From a virus, in IMG/VR virus record IMGVR_UViG_3300025882_000001: 64,000 nt of DNA. The stretch is one strand, 5' to 3'. The position numbers and the translations under genes were made by a program. The notes beneath the pieces were generated by a model. That model was given only the letters and a program-made list of their open reading frames with translations, searched no databases and was not told where the DNA came from. Numbering within the stretch: the first letter of the stretch is position 1; each line of letters starts with the position of its first letter. Shown piece after piece: positions 47,701-54,839 of the stretch.

Positions 47701-50700
47701 CAATGTTTTCTGCAATCCATTTCAGGTCTTCGTCGGTGTATTCGTTTCTCGCTTCAATATCTTTATCAAACTTAAGATTCTTAAATTCGTTTCCCATTGC
47801 AGAACGAACGAGTAAGTTATCGATAATGTCTTCTCTTATTTCTTTGGAATGATTCAGGTGCACCAACATCTGTTTTGCCAGCGGATTAACATGGTTTATT
47901 CCGGCGGCATCGCTTATCTCAGAGAGCACTATTTTGATATCGTTTACATCTATGCCATAAGTATTTATATCGCCATCAACTACTGCTTTTCCATTCACTA
48001 TTTGAATCTTTGTTTTGCGTCTTGCACCAATCTGTTTAATAGCATTATCATCAGCTACCATATCTACACCATTGGCTTTCATCCATTCCTGAAGTGGTTT
48101 CGGAGCAACCTTCATCAGATATTTTCCGAGCATCATTCCGCCTTCTGGATCGGAGTGGACAATAAAACTCTTATTGGTTCTTCCAGAAATAGGAAGTCCG
48201 GCAGAAGCATTCAGAGCATCAAGAAACTGCTGAGAAACATAAACATTACCATCTTCTACTGATTCTTCAATTGTTGGATCAAGAGCACGCTTCGCTTGAA
48301 GAGCATAATTCACATCTGCAATTACAACTTTTATATTCCTGAGATCAGCTACTCCAGGATCGGCAATGAAGTCTTCTGGTTGTAATCCTATGCCCTGATT
48401 AAAGATTATTTGAAATCTCTTATTGATCTTGGACGAAGAATCAATGAATCCTTCTTTGGCAATGAAACTGAAATCAGTTGCCTGATTGAAATCACGCAGA
48501 TAGAGAAGTGTATTCTTGTATTGTGTTTCGTAGTAGTTTCTCCAGTATTTCTGCTGAGCATCATTTATCTTTCCTCCGATTATTTCCTTCAAGAAACGCT
48601 GATAATCTTCTTCGTGCATTTTCTTTAATTCTTCCAACGGAGTTCCGGTATACTTTGATATTTCTTGCTGAAGCTGTTCAAAGGAAAGGTCATCTACTTC
48701 TGGATGTTTGACAACAAAGTTGAATTCGCCTTTATCGTTTCTCCCGCCGATGTAGATATACTTGTTCACAACCTTCTTTCCAGTATTCGGGTCAGTTATA
48801 TTGGCATCTTCAAATCCACCTTCCATCTTCAGAATCATCTGACGAAGCATCCCACCATCTCGAAGCTTTTGGAATTCTTCATAGAAGTGTGGCATTGCAG
48901 CTTCAGTCTTCTCAATGTTTGAATACCAAGTTACTGTTTTAAGTGGCGAAGAAGTTCTTTGCTCCAATCCCTTCACCAGATTAAAGAGAGGTCGTCTCTT
49001 CGGAAGTAGTTGCGATACCTTCCGGTTACCAATAACTTCTCCGAACTTAATCGGAACAACTTTGAAGACGCCATTCTTCTCGTGGTTGATATAATAGTTG
49101 TCATTCATGTAGTCATAGTACTTTTTCATTATCACATACTTGTTAAGCACCGCATAATCGCTATCCACAATGTTCTCACGAAAGTGCTGTTTGTTTCGAT
49201 CAATCCACTTCAGAAGTATTTGCTTATCAGGATTCTTTCCAATCTCCAGAATGAAGTCATCAGTGATTTTCTGCACTGTCTTGTCATTTGCTTCTTCCGG
49301 AGTAAGAAGACGCTTGAAGGTATTAGCAATCTGCTGATTCCAGTTGGTTTCCGGAATATTTGATTTCACCATGATATCCGAAACAAAAGAACGATAAATC
49401 TCTTTCTGAAGATTGTTATCGGAAGTTGCGGATGCTTCTGTGGTCTTTATCCAGATACCAGTTCCCCTATCGTCATACCCTCGTGCTTGCATATATTGTT
49501 CAAAGTTTTTCCAATACGGATTGTCACCTCGGTCGTAAGAGTCTGGAGTGATAACTGTTGCTTCGGATTCAGTAATCTTATGAATCACATCAATATCCGG
49601 AGAAACCTTTCCTTCTGTGGGAACGAATGCTACTATATCATCTTGAAGAATTACATCTGGGTTTACTTCTTTCTTCCCTGCTCCAGCTATAGAGAACTCA
49701 TTTTCTCCATCGGTTACAAGGACAGTTGAAATAGAAAGCTGAGTAGTGCGAAAGCCATCGGCTTGATATAATTCTCCAGGAATTATTTGAGTAAGACGAG
49801 TTATTCCTTGACGTACTTCTTTCATTCTCTGACGCACGGTTCTATATGTTTCTACTATATTCTTCACAGTTTCTTCTGAAGGAGTAGGAAATCCATATTC
49901 TTCCATGTCTTGTTTAATGGCATCAACCAATGACCGAAAAGATGCTCTCTCTTGTTCTACCTTCACTTCTTTGTCAACCGCAGCTTCTATTCTTTGAGAA
50001 GCGGTTTCTGGAGTGGGAGGCGCTCCGGCACTGGGAATTGTAAGTAGTTCAATCTTATAGAACATCTGTGTTGGAGTTTCTGTAGTGGCAGTAAGTTTAT
50101 AGCGTTTTCCTTCAACTTCAACTACACCAGATTCTCCAGCTTTTAGTCCTATTCTTTCTGCTTTGGTAAGATCGACTGCAAGAACAGGATTCTTCTGAGA
50201 GATTGCAGATTTAATCTCTTGATTAGCTGTATCTATGGAAACCAGCTTCAGAGAAGGAGAAGTTGGAGTCGGAGTTGGAACAGTAATTGGTTCCAGTGTA
50301 TAAGTAACAAACTTCTTCGCTTTATCTATTCCAGAATTTGTTATCTTAAATTGTTTACCTTCGATGACAATAGCACTAGATTCTCCTTCGGCGAGACCAA
50401 TTTTCTTGGCTACTGGAAGAGAGCGAGTAATAGTATTCTTCCTTCCGGCAAGAATCTCTTGTCTATCTTTTGGAAAGATACGTGTTTGAACTTGTCCAGG
50501 AACTTTTGGTTCTTCGTATTGGAGAACTTCCGTTCCAACAATTTGTTCTCCAAGATTCTTTTGTTCCTCTCTTGCTTTGGCTATCTCTTCGTCAATTGCT
50601 TCTTTTTGTGCTTCAAGAGTTTCAATGTTCATATACATTTTGTCTACTAACTCATCCGGATAATCCTTCCCTTCAGGAATAATTGACGCAATAACAGAAC

Positions 50701-51709
50701 TGAGATAGTTTCTTTTCCGACTGGTACCAATGTATTTATCGAATAAGTCTGCTACATTCTTCTTTACTGCAGGAGAAGCTTCAGCATATCCTTCTACTCC
50801 ACTAACAGTATCCGGAAGTTTGGCAGTTGGTCTTAAATATGGCTGAATAAGCTTGTAAGCTTGTTTCTCTGCAGCAGGACGATCACGATAGGCAAAAAAT
50901 CCACCAATAAGGTATTGATATATCTGTTCTGGAGTTGTTTCTCTGCGCATTGTTGAGGGAAGACCATTCCACATTGCTCCAGTAAGAGTGCGAGCAATTG
51001 CCTGAGTGCTGAGACCAGCAGAAGCTCCCCCAATAAGAGCTCCCATCGCATTGGCAATCAATCTGTCTCCAGCTTCCATATACATTCCACCAGCCAGACC
51101 ATGAAGCATGGCATCAATTCCATACTGCCAGTTGGAAGTGGCTCCAGCTATTCCCAGACGAGCGGCACCTTCAACTACATCACCTACAACTGGATTCTTG
51201 AGTAATTTAAGAGCACTATTTACCGCTCCCATCTTTCCCAGTGTAGCTTCGGTAGCAACTTTCTTCGTTATACTGGAAAAATATTTCGTAGCGGTGGGAG
51301 TAATTTTTTTCATTACTGCATTCGAAACAAGCAGCGGAACTGATTTCCCAGCAACTGCCTTCGCTACTCCCCTGAGACCTGGAATGGGGACGAGAAAGCC
51401 GGCGTATCCTGCTGCCTGACCAACTGCTTTGGCAACCCTTTCCCATGGATTTACAGGGGCTTGTTCGCCTATTTTGAGAGTAGAGAACCCCTGTAGCCAA
51501 CCTTCGCCAAGGTAGCGAAGAGCTCGGAAGACATTAAAGTTTACTTCGTCTTCGGCAACTTCTCGAAAAGGAAGTTGATAGTAGGCGGCATGTTGCTTAA
51601 GAAGTTGAACCTGAGACTGGTTAAAGCGCTCAGGTTCCCTCATATAGTAGTTTATATACTGTTCCGTGATTGGCTTATTCATCCTCGGAACAAAATATGG
51701 ATATTGCAT
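41708..51709 (-). CDS. Giant multidomain virion protein (~3333 aa from ATG 51709) containing a two-barrel DNA-dependent RNA polymerase
   Basis: EDGNVYVS (D1166), LGKY (K1209), VDMVADDNAIKQIG (K1238), QRVPQ (R1523), GGSDDDGDS (D1562-D1566); numbering from the track's 51748 start. Last gene of the ejection cluster. Confidence 0.8.
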   Translation of the reverse strand: MQYPYFVPRMNKPITEQYINYYMREPERFNQSQVQLLKQHAAYYQLPFREVAEDEVNFNVFRALRYLGEGWLQGFSTLKIGEQAPVNPWERVAKAVGQAAGYAGFLVPIPGLRGVAKAVAGKSVPLLVSNAVMKKITPTATKYFSSITKKVATEATLGKMGAVNSALKLLKNPVVGDVVEGAARLGIAGATSNWQYGIDAMLHGLAGGMYMEAGDRLIANAMGALIGGASAGLSTQAIARTLTGAMWNGLPSTMRRETTPEQIYQYLIGGFFAYRDRPAAEKQAYKLIQPYLRPTAKLPDTVSGVEGYAEASPAVKKNVADLFDKYIGTSRKRNYLSSVIASIIPEGKDYPDELVDKMYMNIETLEAQKEAIDEEIAKAREEQKNLGEQIVGTEVLQYEEPKVPGQVQTRIFPKDRQEILAGRKNTITRSLPVAKKIGLAEGESSAIVIEGKQFKITNSGIDKAKKFVTYTLEPITVPTPTPTSPSLKLVSIDTANQEIKSAISQKNPVLAVDLTKAERIGLKAGESGVVEVEGKRYKLTATTETPTQMFYKIELLTIPSAGAPPTPETASQRIEAAVDKEVKVEQERASFRSLVDAIKQDMEEYGFPTPSEETVKNIVETYRTVRQRMKEVRQGITRLTQIIPGELYQADGFRTTQLSISTVLVTDGENEFSIAGAGKKEVNPDVILQDDIVAFVPTEGKVSPDIDVIHKITESEATVITPDSYDRGDNPYWKNFEQYMQARGYDDRGTGIWIKTTEASATSDNNLQKEIYRSFVSDIMVKSNIPETNWNQQIANTFKRLLTPEEANDKTVQKITDDFILEIGKNPDKQILLKWIDRNKQHFRENIVDSDYAVLNKYVIMKKYYDYMNDNYYINHEKNGVFKVVPIKFGEVIGNRKVSQLLPKRRPLFNLVKGLEQRTSSPLKTVTWYSNIEKTEAAMPHFYEEFQKLRDGGMLRQMILKMEGGFEDANITDPNTGKKVVNKYIYIGGRNDKGEFNFVVKHPEVDDLSFEQLQQEISKYTGTPLEELKKMHEEDYQRFLKEIIGGKINDAQQKYWRNYYETQYKNTLLYLRDFNQATDFSFIAKEGFIDSSSKINKRFQIIFNQGIGLQPEDFIADPGVADLRNIKVVIADVNYALQAKRALDPTIEESVEDGNVYVSQQFLDALNASAGLPISGRTNKSFIVHSDPEGGMMLGKYLMKVAPKPLQEWMKANGVDMVADDNAIKQIGARRKTKIQIVNGKAVVDGDINTYGIDVNDIKIVLSEISDAAGINHVNPLAKQMLVHLNHSKEIREDIIDNLLVRSAMGNEFKNLKFDKDIEARNEYTDEDLKWIAENIDELSIDRVARILYSGNARVIKTLLKKISNLNDFNDMFDSIEGFSPEDFDTKQSSYKDVISTLVAMKHDVSLGDKYAVRYVSSLFNKYIINRALRPKIGNSVYKVKNRGWAFEDTQIARDEFMLGRNLRNLNIELNNKVYKLGDLWNMVQGKKKIPKDLSLKFLQDFFNHIAVQRVPQDNPAGMQILRFRGFMDIDSNEIMIHSTAKEVTGGSDDDGDSYYLWFAGRRDNGEGKGMKLSWLKEMKKNNDMWGGQAVKKYVDPETGKKADEEVFGMMTPEKEKLKQIMSSPALLGAPGTIAKTSIATTYGRNLLATVVNETTALKQAYYAALDNGKPIRVQSKDGVFELTPKAEKEKSVDWAIRKMAVAITKVADPTDFDEVPRFEDPSIHMLFDLFKITKNGKEIEFEDYVREEATGTEKIKPAMRLYLQALAPFRKLNTALGGWNDYFTTKMQVENYNSMYTGASTYFGGAVRVLGGVDWNFDLTNIYGDKLPYVYRALRAISEKEKTGVPNWEQILFEMTRHPIAISNFEEVVQYIEKSGTANQKKFLEDIRRAIRNQKEGKKYQDLEPYAWRDAKNEDVVYVLLGKNFLDKSAHVADELLDLYADLNSMKRTSDLSEEKINKFLEKAKKFLPHESYKGNPLEVYTRIRTKILELIQQDLIDMTTYNALKGIASEVFQKDKAYFRKGFFKDVNDIFRHVNAYKSKISRDAGEVMVPREIADIDEKWYRLSLGDPTLQKIYDIFMMGSFQAKLPNSYMRQPILDSNGRVTGFEPIDKYVERIYEMRNATNHTGMGLATSVVPFKVKEAFYGIQQTWYDNVAKHMFTPNSNIIPETLISTPVPVPTKEEVPTPVKEVIRVPIQVKPGEKLVIVPKNYLELKQKYNEVKIRLKELEDLSNSLDKTLRLAKEQEVVSLAEEKKRMFLEQTKLAASAAEYEEYKDFDLENLVSKIRTNLEFYGFTKDADIPIEGLTRYFFHKSMKQMTIQDWKTFGDILDNMRKPTLIQRLFGDKYGQQPWIRKIDYFLFPSAIDKRLLTMPNMKANMVQTVYVDSDGSIKTGWGFAPTSLAGSLQNTIGNILFEGTRQEEQLAGRFSQEIEPYLEQPGINGKRIWEYESILRDQHAAETLSDWYALRGEFGKSNAFADNALFYKMEAEKFRNTYMDVFLKKYKINTGTEIIELTGDEIRERISDIITKYNKDISLIQKGKLDDQNENIFLKKYTTTPEKLFGERISRRVLGKRRLNEILKDIPFFDLEKFRQDMHDLLATGKPFPMQDIGIDGIYRLSQSAAVQREILEADKLTKGSDGEFNNRLSKIVRRRSDDKIPWTGELPYEHYYPHRNEDITQLKKQILPQIQEIVDKFQAIILEEERVNKLLHDMAPTREALDDLTAEQYSKYQELMQERQRIVSEKYELSHQYLFLINRIHSSNENLRIDEHIHEADRIHELSLEEMRTGEARKLAYQDDALLWELAGKKRMFSQERRGIELIDYSRVPEEYVSHNKDVIRTFHKNMAWLLSKQLIVDAEVNNAFGDATDSWVKFFKLYIGDSLGNPTVITRDMLDDPNMKLKHNPYLFFTDSYQSQLLYKLGRMTGLIKVNGEIPEELKKIDYWTLNKISQAEARYEMASLLAHTKSMVANMFGGTQMTAISAGLDNLKKARDMDYIRKTFSPTFKNRNDLKRAVAEEGVIEEYLINETGGMNINVTESLKNFFDDYARKLAGDEMLDEVSLKALAQKHHVSDALYSKVSWFMRAPEVELRTDAFMAHYIQFYNLFNGALQGSFDEHGNWRFNPILSRLAKDGVKCTQFLYTAPYRPAIARSAMGKVLTRFQLWTYNSMNTRSMIYEQAKVYGFREGTMQMDKFQRMMAMDLITLALANAFMFSLFDSALPAPWNWLKDLSEWIFGDKKEKQSAFFGTYPYYIAPLQIISPPIIRVFPAMVTSMMSGNWQKFTDYTVWTMFPFGRLARDIHKSYLNPKSFIDRMTGLPFSGMEGFGKEKPEE

Positions 51710-51716
51710 ATTTATC

Positions 51717-52529
51717 CTACTGCATATTCGGAAGTGGTGGCATTCCAACCATCATTGGGTTTTGCATACCCATTCCCATTCCCATTTGTGGAGGTATTGT
51801 TGGAGTCATGAAATCATGAGCAATGCCCATTGCTTGACTACCACGGACAAGAGCTTTAGCAATTTCCAAGAGAGCTTGAGAAGCAGACATCTGTGTGTAT
51901 AGTTCTCGGATTGCTTCATTCGCAGCAAGCGCACTCTTCACATTTGCTCCAATACTCTTTGCGGCACCCATTGCTTTTGCTCCAGCCTTGGCTCCTTCTG
52001 CAGCTTCTGCGGCTGCCTTTGCTCCACCTATCAATTCTTGAAGTGTCTTTCCACTCTTGGCTGCTGCTTTTGCTCCACCTGCCGCAGCTTTTGCTCCACC
52101 GGTAAGAGCTTGCGCTCCACCAAGAGCAGCCTTGGCACCTTTCGTAGCATTAAGAATACCAATAGGAAGTAGAAACGATGCAAGAAGTCCAGCTGCCTTT
52201 CCAGCATTCTTGGCATTTTTCGTATACTCATTACTATACCAAGAATCTCTAAGTATTCCAAAAAGAAGAGCATCGAGTAAGCCTCCTCCAAAGGCAAGTG
52301 CTTGCTTTCCAAATGTATTATTCAGCTTTGCATCGCCCCTGGAAGTATCCAGTCCATATTGCATGGCAATATTTTTTACTGCTTCTATTCCTTTTTTGTT
52401 TAATGAAGTTGGGTCTTGATTATATATAGCTACTAGTTTTAAGTTGTCGGCTAATTGCTGTTGCTGAAGTGCTCCTAGAAATCGAGTACCAACATCTATT
52501 GGTGTACTAAATATTTGTTCGTAGTCCAT
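51717..52529 (-). CDS. Gly/Ala-rich putative ejection protein (270 aa); N-terminal half resembles the giant protein's N-terminus
   Basis: GGAKAAA repeats, Met/Gly tail; adjacent to the giant gene. Confidence 0.7.
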   Translation of the reverse strand: MDYEQIFSTPIDVGTRFLGALQQQQLADNLKLVAIYNQDPTSLNKKGIEAVKNIAMQYGLDTSRGDAKLNNTFGKQALAFGGGLLDALLFGILRDSWYSNEYTKNAKNAGKAAGLLASFLLPIGILNATKGAKAALGGAQALTGGAKAAAGGAKAAAKSGKTLQELIGGAKAAAEAAEGAKAGAKAMGAAKSIGANVKSALAANEAIRELYTQMSASQALLEIAKALVRGSQAMGIAHDFMTPTIPPQMGMGMGMQNPMMVGMPPLPNMQ

Positions 52530-52538
52530 TATTCCCCC

Positions 52539-53192
52539 TTAAAAACCAGAGCGGTATGTTTGATTATACCAGTCGGCTTGTTTTTCAAGATATTCTTCTT
52601 CTGGAGTAGAAGTCTTATGAGACTTCTTCGCCAAGAAGTTTCCTAAAAGTCCTTTGAATTCGTAATCTGGATTTGTTCTTTGTCTTGCTGCTGTATAACT
52701 AGTAATCATGTCAAGAAAAGGATTTCCGGTCATCTTGGGTTGATACATTTCTTTTAACATTGATGTTATTAACAAACGGAAAGCGTTTTGCTGCCACTCT
52801 TGATTTTCCATTTGTTTTCCAATGACATTATTATAGTTTTCTATAGTCTTCTCTAGGCTTTCATTTGTGCCGTATATCCCTTTTTTAATTTCTTCCATTT
52901 CGTTTGGCTGAGAGATTGGAGAAGTTGGGATAGAAACCGGTATCGAAGGAGAAGATGGAGTTATAGTAGGATAAGTTGTACGCATATATTCTGCATATTC
53001 TGGAACATTTGCCATCAAGTAGTTTTGTAACTCCTGAGCCACTTGCTGAGTTCCAGGAAGATATTTAGTAAATGTTTTTGGATCTGCTAATACAGAAGGA
53101 TTAGCGAATATAAAATCATTATAACCTGATTTATATTTCTTATGTGACCGAAGCGCTTCAGCGACTTTATTTTGCATTGCATTAAAATCCAT
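52539..53192 (-). CDS. Duplicate of 641..1294
   Basis: Identical translation. Confidence 0.55.
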   Translation of the reverse strand: MDFNAMQNKVAEALRSHKKYKSGYNDFIFANPSVLADPKTFTKYLPGTQQVAQELQNYLMANVPEYAEYMRTTYPTITPSSPSIPVSIPTSPISQPNEMEEIKKGIYGTNESLEKTIENYNNVIGKQMENQEWQQNAFRLLITSMLKEMYQPKMTGNPFLDMITSYTAARQRTNPDYEFKGLLGNFLAKKSHKTSTPEEEYLEKQADWYNQTYRSGF

Positions 53193-53943
53193 TTTTACTC
53201 CTTATATTAACTTTATATAAAAGATTTGTAAGACTTGGTACAAACACAGGTCTCTCATTTATAAGTCCATTTCGATAGTATTCATCAAGTTCTGCATAGT
53301 CGTTTGGATCATTAACCCTAATCTCATAGTTAACCTTTGGATATTTATTGATTAGCTTACTAATTCTATTCTCAACTTCTGGTGTATATTGTATCTGTTG
53401 TTTTGGATATTTTGAAGTTGAAGAATTTGGATAAGTATTTGCAGGAATTTTATTATTCTTAAAATACATAGAATACTCATTATTATTGAAAAAACCAGCA
53501 TATGCTTGATTGGTTTCTAATTCTTTATTGCGTTGCATTGTGTCTTCAAAAACTAGATTAGACCTTTTAAGCATATTTCTGTATCCTTCAAGTTCTTTTT
53601 CATATTTTGCTTGAAGCTCTGCAAGATTGAGTCTATTCCCTGCTTCTATCCCTGCAACGGCTTTTCTTGTATCTGCTTCCAATTTAGCTACATCATAAGC
53701 GTTCTTTCTACTTTTTTCTCCTTCGGACTGTGTCACTTCTGTTCCATATAACCCGAGCAACGTATTTAATTTTTGACCGAGTAAGCCTGATATTAGATTG
53801 GCTCCAGCCATTGTGTTGCTAAACGCCACATTCATCTGGTTACCCATCATGTTCGTAATTTCTGCCTGTTCTCGTTCCAAATCAGCTCTTATCTGATTAT
53901 AACGATCGGCAGTCTGACTAAGTGTTTCCCAAAATCCTGGCAT
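53182..53943 (-). CDS. Duplicate of 1284..2045
   Basis: Identical translation. Confidence 0.55.
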   Translation of the reverse strand: MPGFWETLSQTADRYNQIRADLEREQAEITNMMGNQMNVAFSNTMAGANLISGLLGQKLNTLLGLYGTEVTQSEGEKSRKNAYDVAKLEADTRKAVAGIEAGNRLNLAELQAKYEKELEGYRNMLKRSNLVFEDTMQRNKELETNQAYAGFFNNNEYSMYFKNNKIPANTYPNSSTSKYPKQQIQYTPEVENRISKLINKYPKVNYEIRVNDPNDYAELDEYYRNGLINERPVFVPSLTNLLYKVNIRSKNGF

Positions 53944-53955
53944 CTTTCCTCCTTA

Positions 53956-54570
53956 CTAAAGTCCTAAAAGCTTTAGAAGACCAGCTGGAGACTGTGTTCC
54001 GAAAAGCAATGCCGGAGACGCTCCAACAAGATTTCCGAAAAGTCCACCAAAGAATCCTGACTGATTTTGGCTTCTCTGCATTTGCATTGCAGCATCTGCC
54101 TGCATCTTCTGTAGTTGATAATTCAAAGCCGATTGTGAACCTTGCATTGCCGCAGTATTCTGAGCTGCAGCATTGGCAAGATTTCCCTGAAGACTGTATC
54201 CCAATAATCCAGTACCAGTCTGATACGCATTGTTGAGATAACTATTGTATGCTTGACGAGTCCCTTCCAGATTACTGGCGAGAGAAGACTGAAGCTGACC
54301 TGTAGCAAAAGGATTCTGACCAGCTGCCTGCATACGCATGCTGTTCAAGTATTGCTGAGCGGCAGCGTCTACACCAACTTTCTTCAGGTCATTATACATA
54401 CCTCTATTACGAGAACTATATGGATCAAGAAACTCTTCTCCCAGTGCAGTATATCTACTCGTATCAACCGAGTAAGTCTTTGGTGTATATGCCTGTGTCA
54501 GCTGTTGCGGAGTCATATTATACCCCTTCAACCTACTCTGCCCGAAAAGTGCATTTCCAAGCCATGACAT
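53956..54570 (-). CDS. Duplicate of 2058..2672
   Basis: Identical translation. Confidence 0.6.
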   Translation of the reverse strand: MSWLGNALFGQSRLKGYNMTPQQLTQAYTPKTYSVDTSRYTALGEEFLDPYSSRNRGMYNDLKKVGVDAAAQQYLNSMRMQAAGQNPFATGQLQSSLASNLEGTRQAYNSYLNNAYQTGTGLLGYSLQGNLANAAAQNTAAMQGSQSALNYQLQKMQADAAMQMQRSQNQSGFFGGLFGNLVGASPALLFGTQSPAGLLKLLGL

Positions 54571-54839
54571 TATTTCACCTTCCTTATCCAATCAAACGGG
54601 ATATTCAAGCGAGCCCAACCATCTGGAAACCTTGCTTCAAGATACAACTTCGTCTCACCTTCACTCTTCGTCTGAGTAAAACGAATATTGCTTGTTTCCG
54701 GTTTCTCAACATTGATGTCGCCAGTTCCAACGGATTGGAGTTTTTTATCTAGTTCATCGATCTTATTCCAGATTCGATGAAGTTCTTTGTTCATCTCTTC
54801 GAACGAATCGAGAGCCCTATAGGAACTTATTCGTTTCAA
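54570..54839 (-). CDS. Duplicate of 2672..2941
   Basis: Identical translation. Confidence 0.6.
   Translation of the reverse strand: MKRISSYRALDSFEEMNKELHRIWNKIDELDKKLQSVGTGDINVEKPETSNIRFTQTKSEGETKLYLEARFPDGWARLNIPFDWIRKVK

Noticed and set aside
641-51709. Stop-codon reassignment as in some crAss-like phages
   Set aside because: The standard code gives dense, tightly coupled genes, and TAA, TGA and TAG all end genes at clean junctions.
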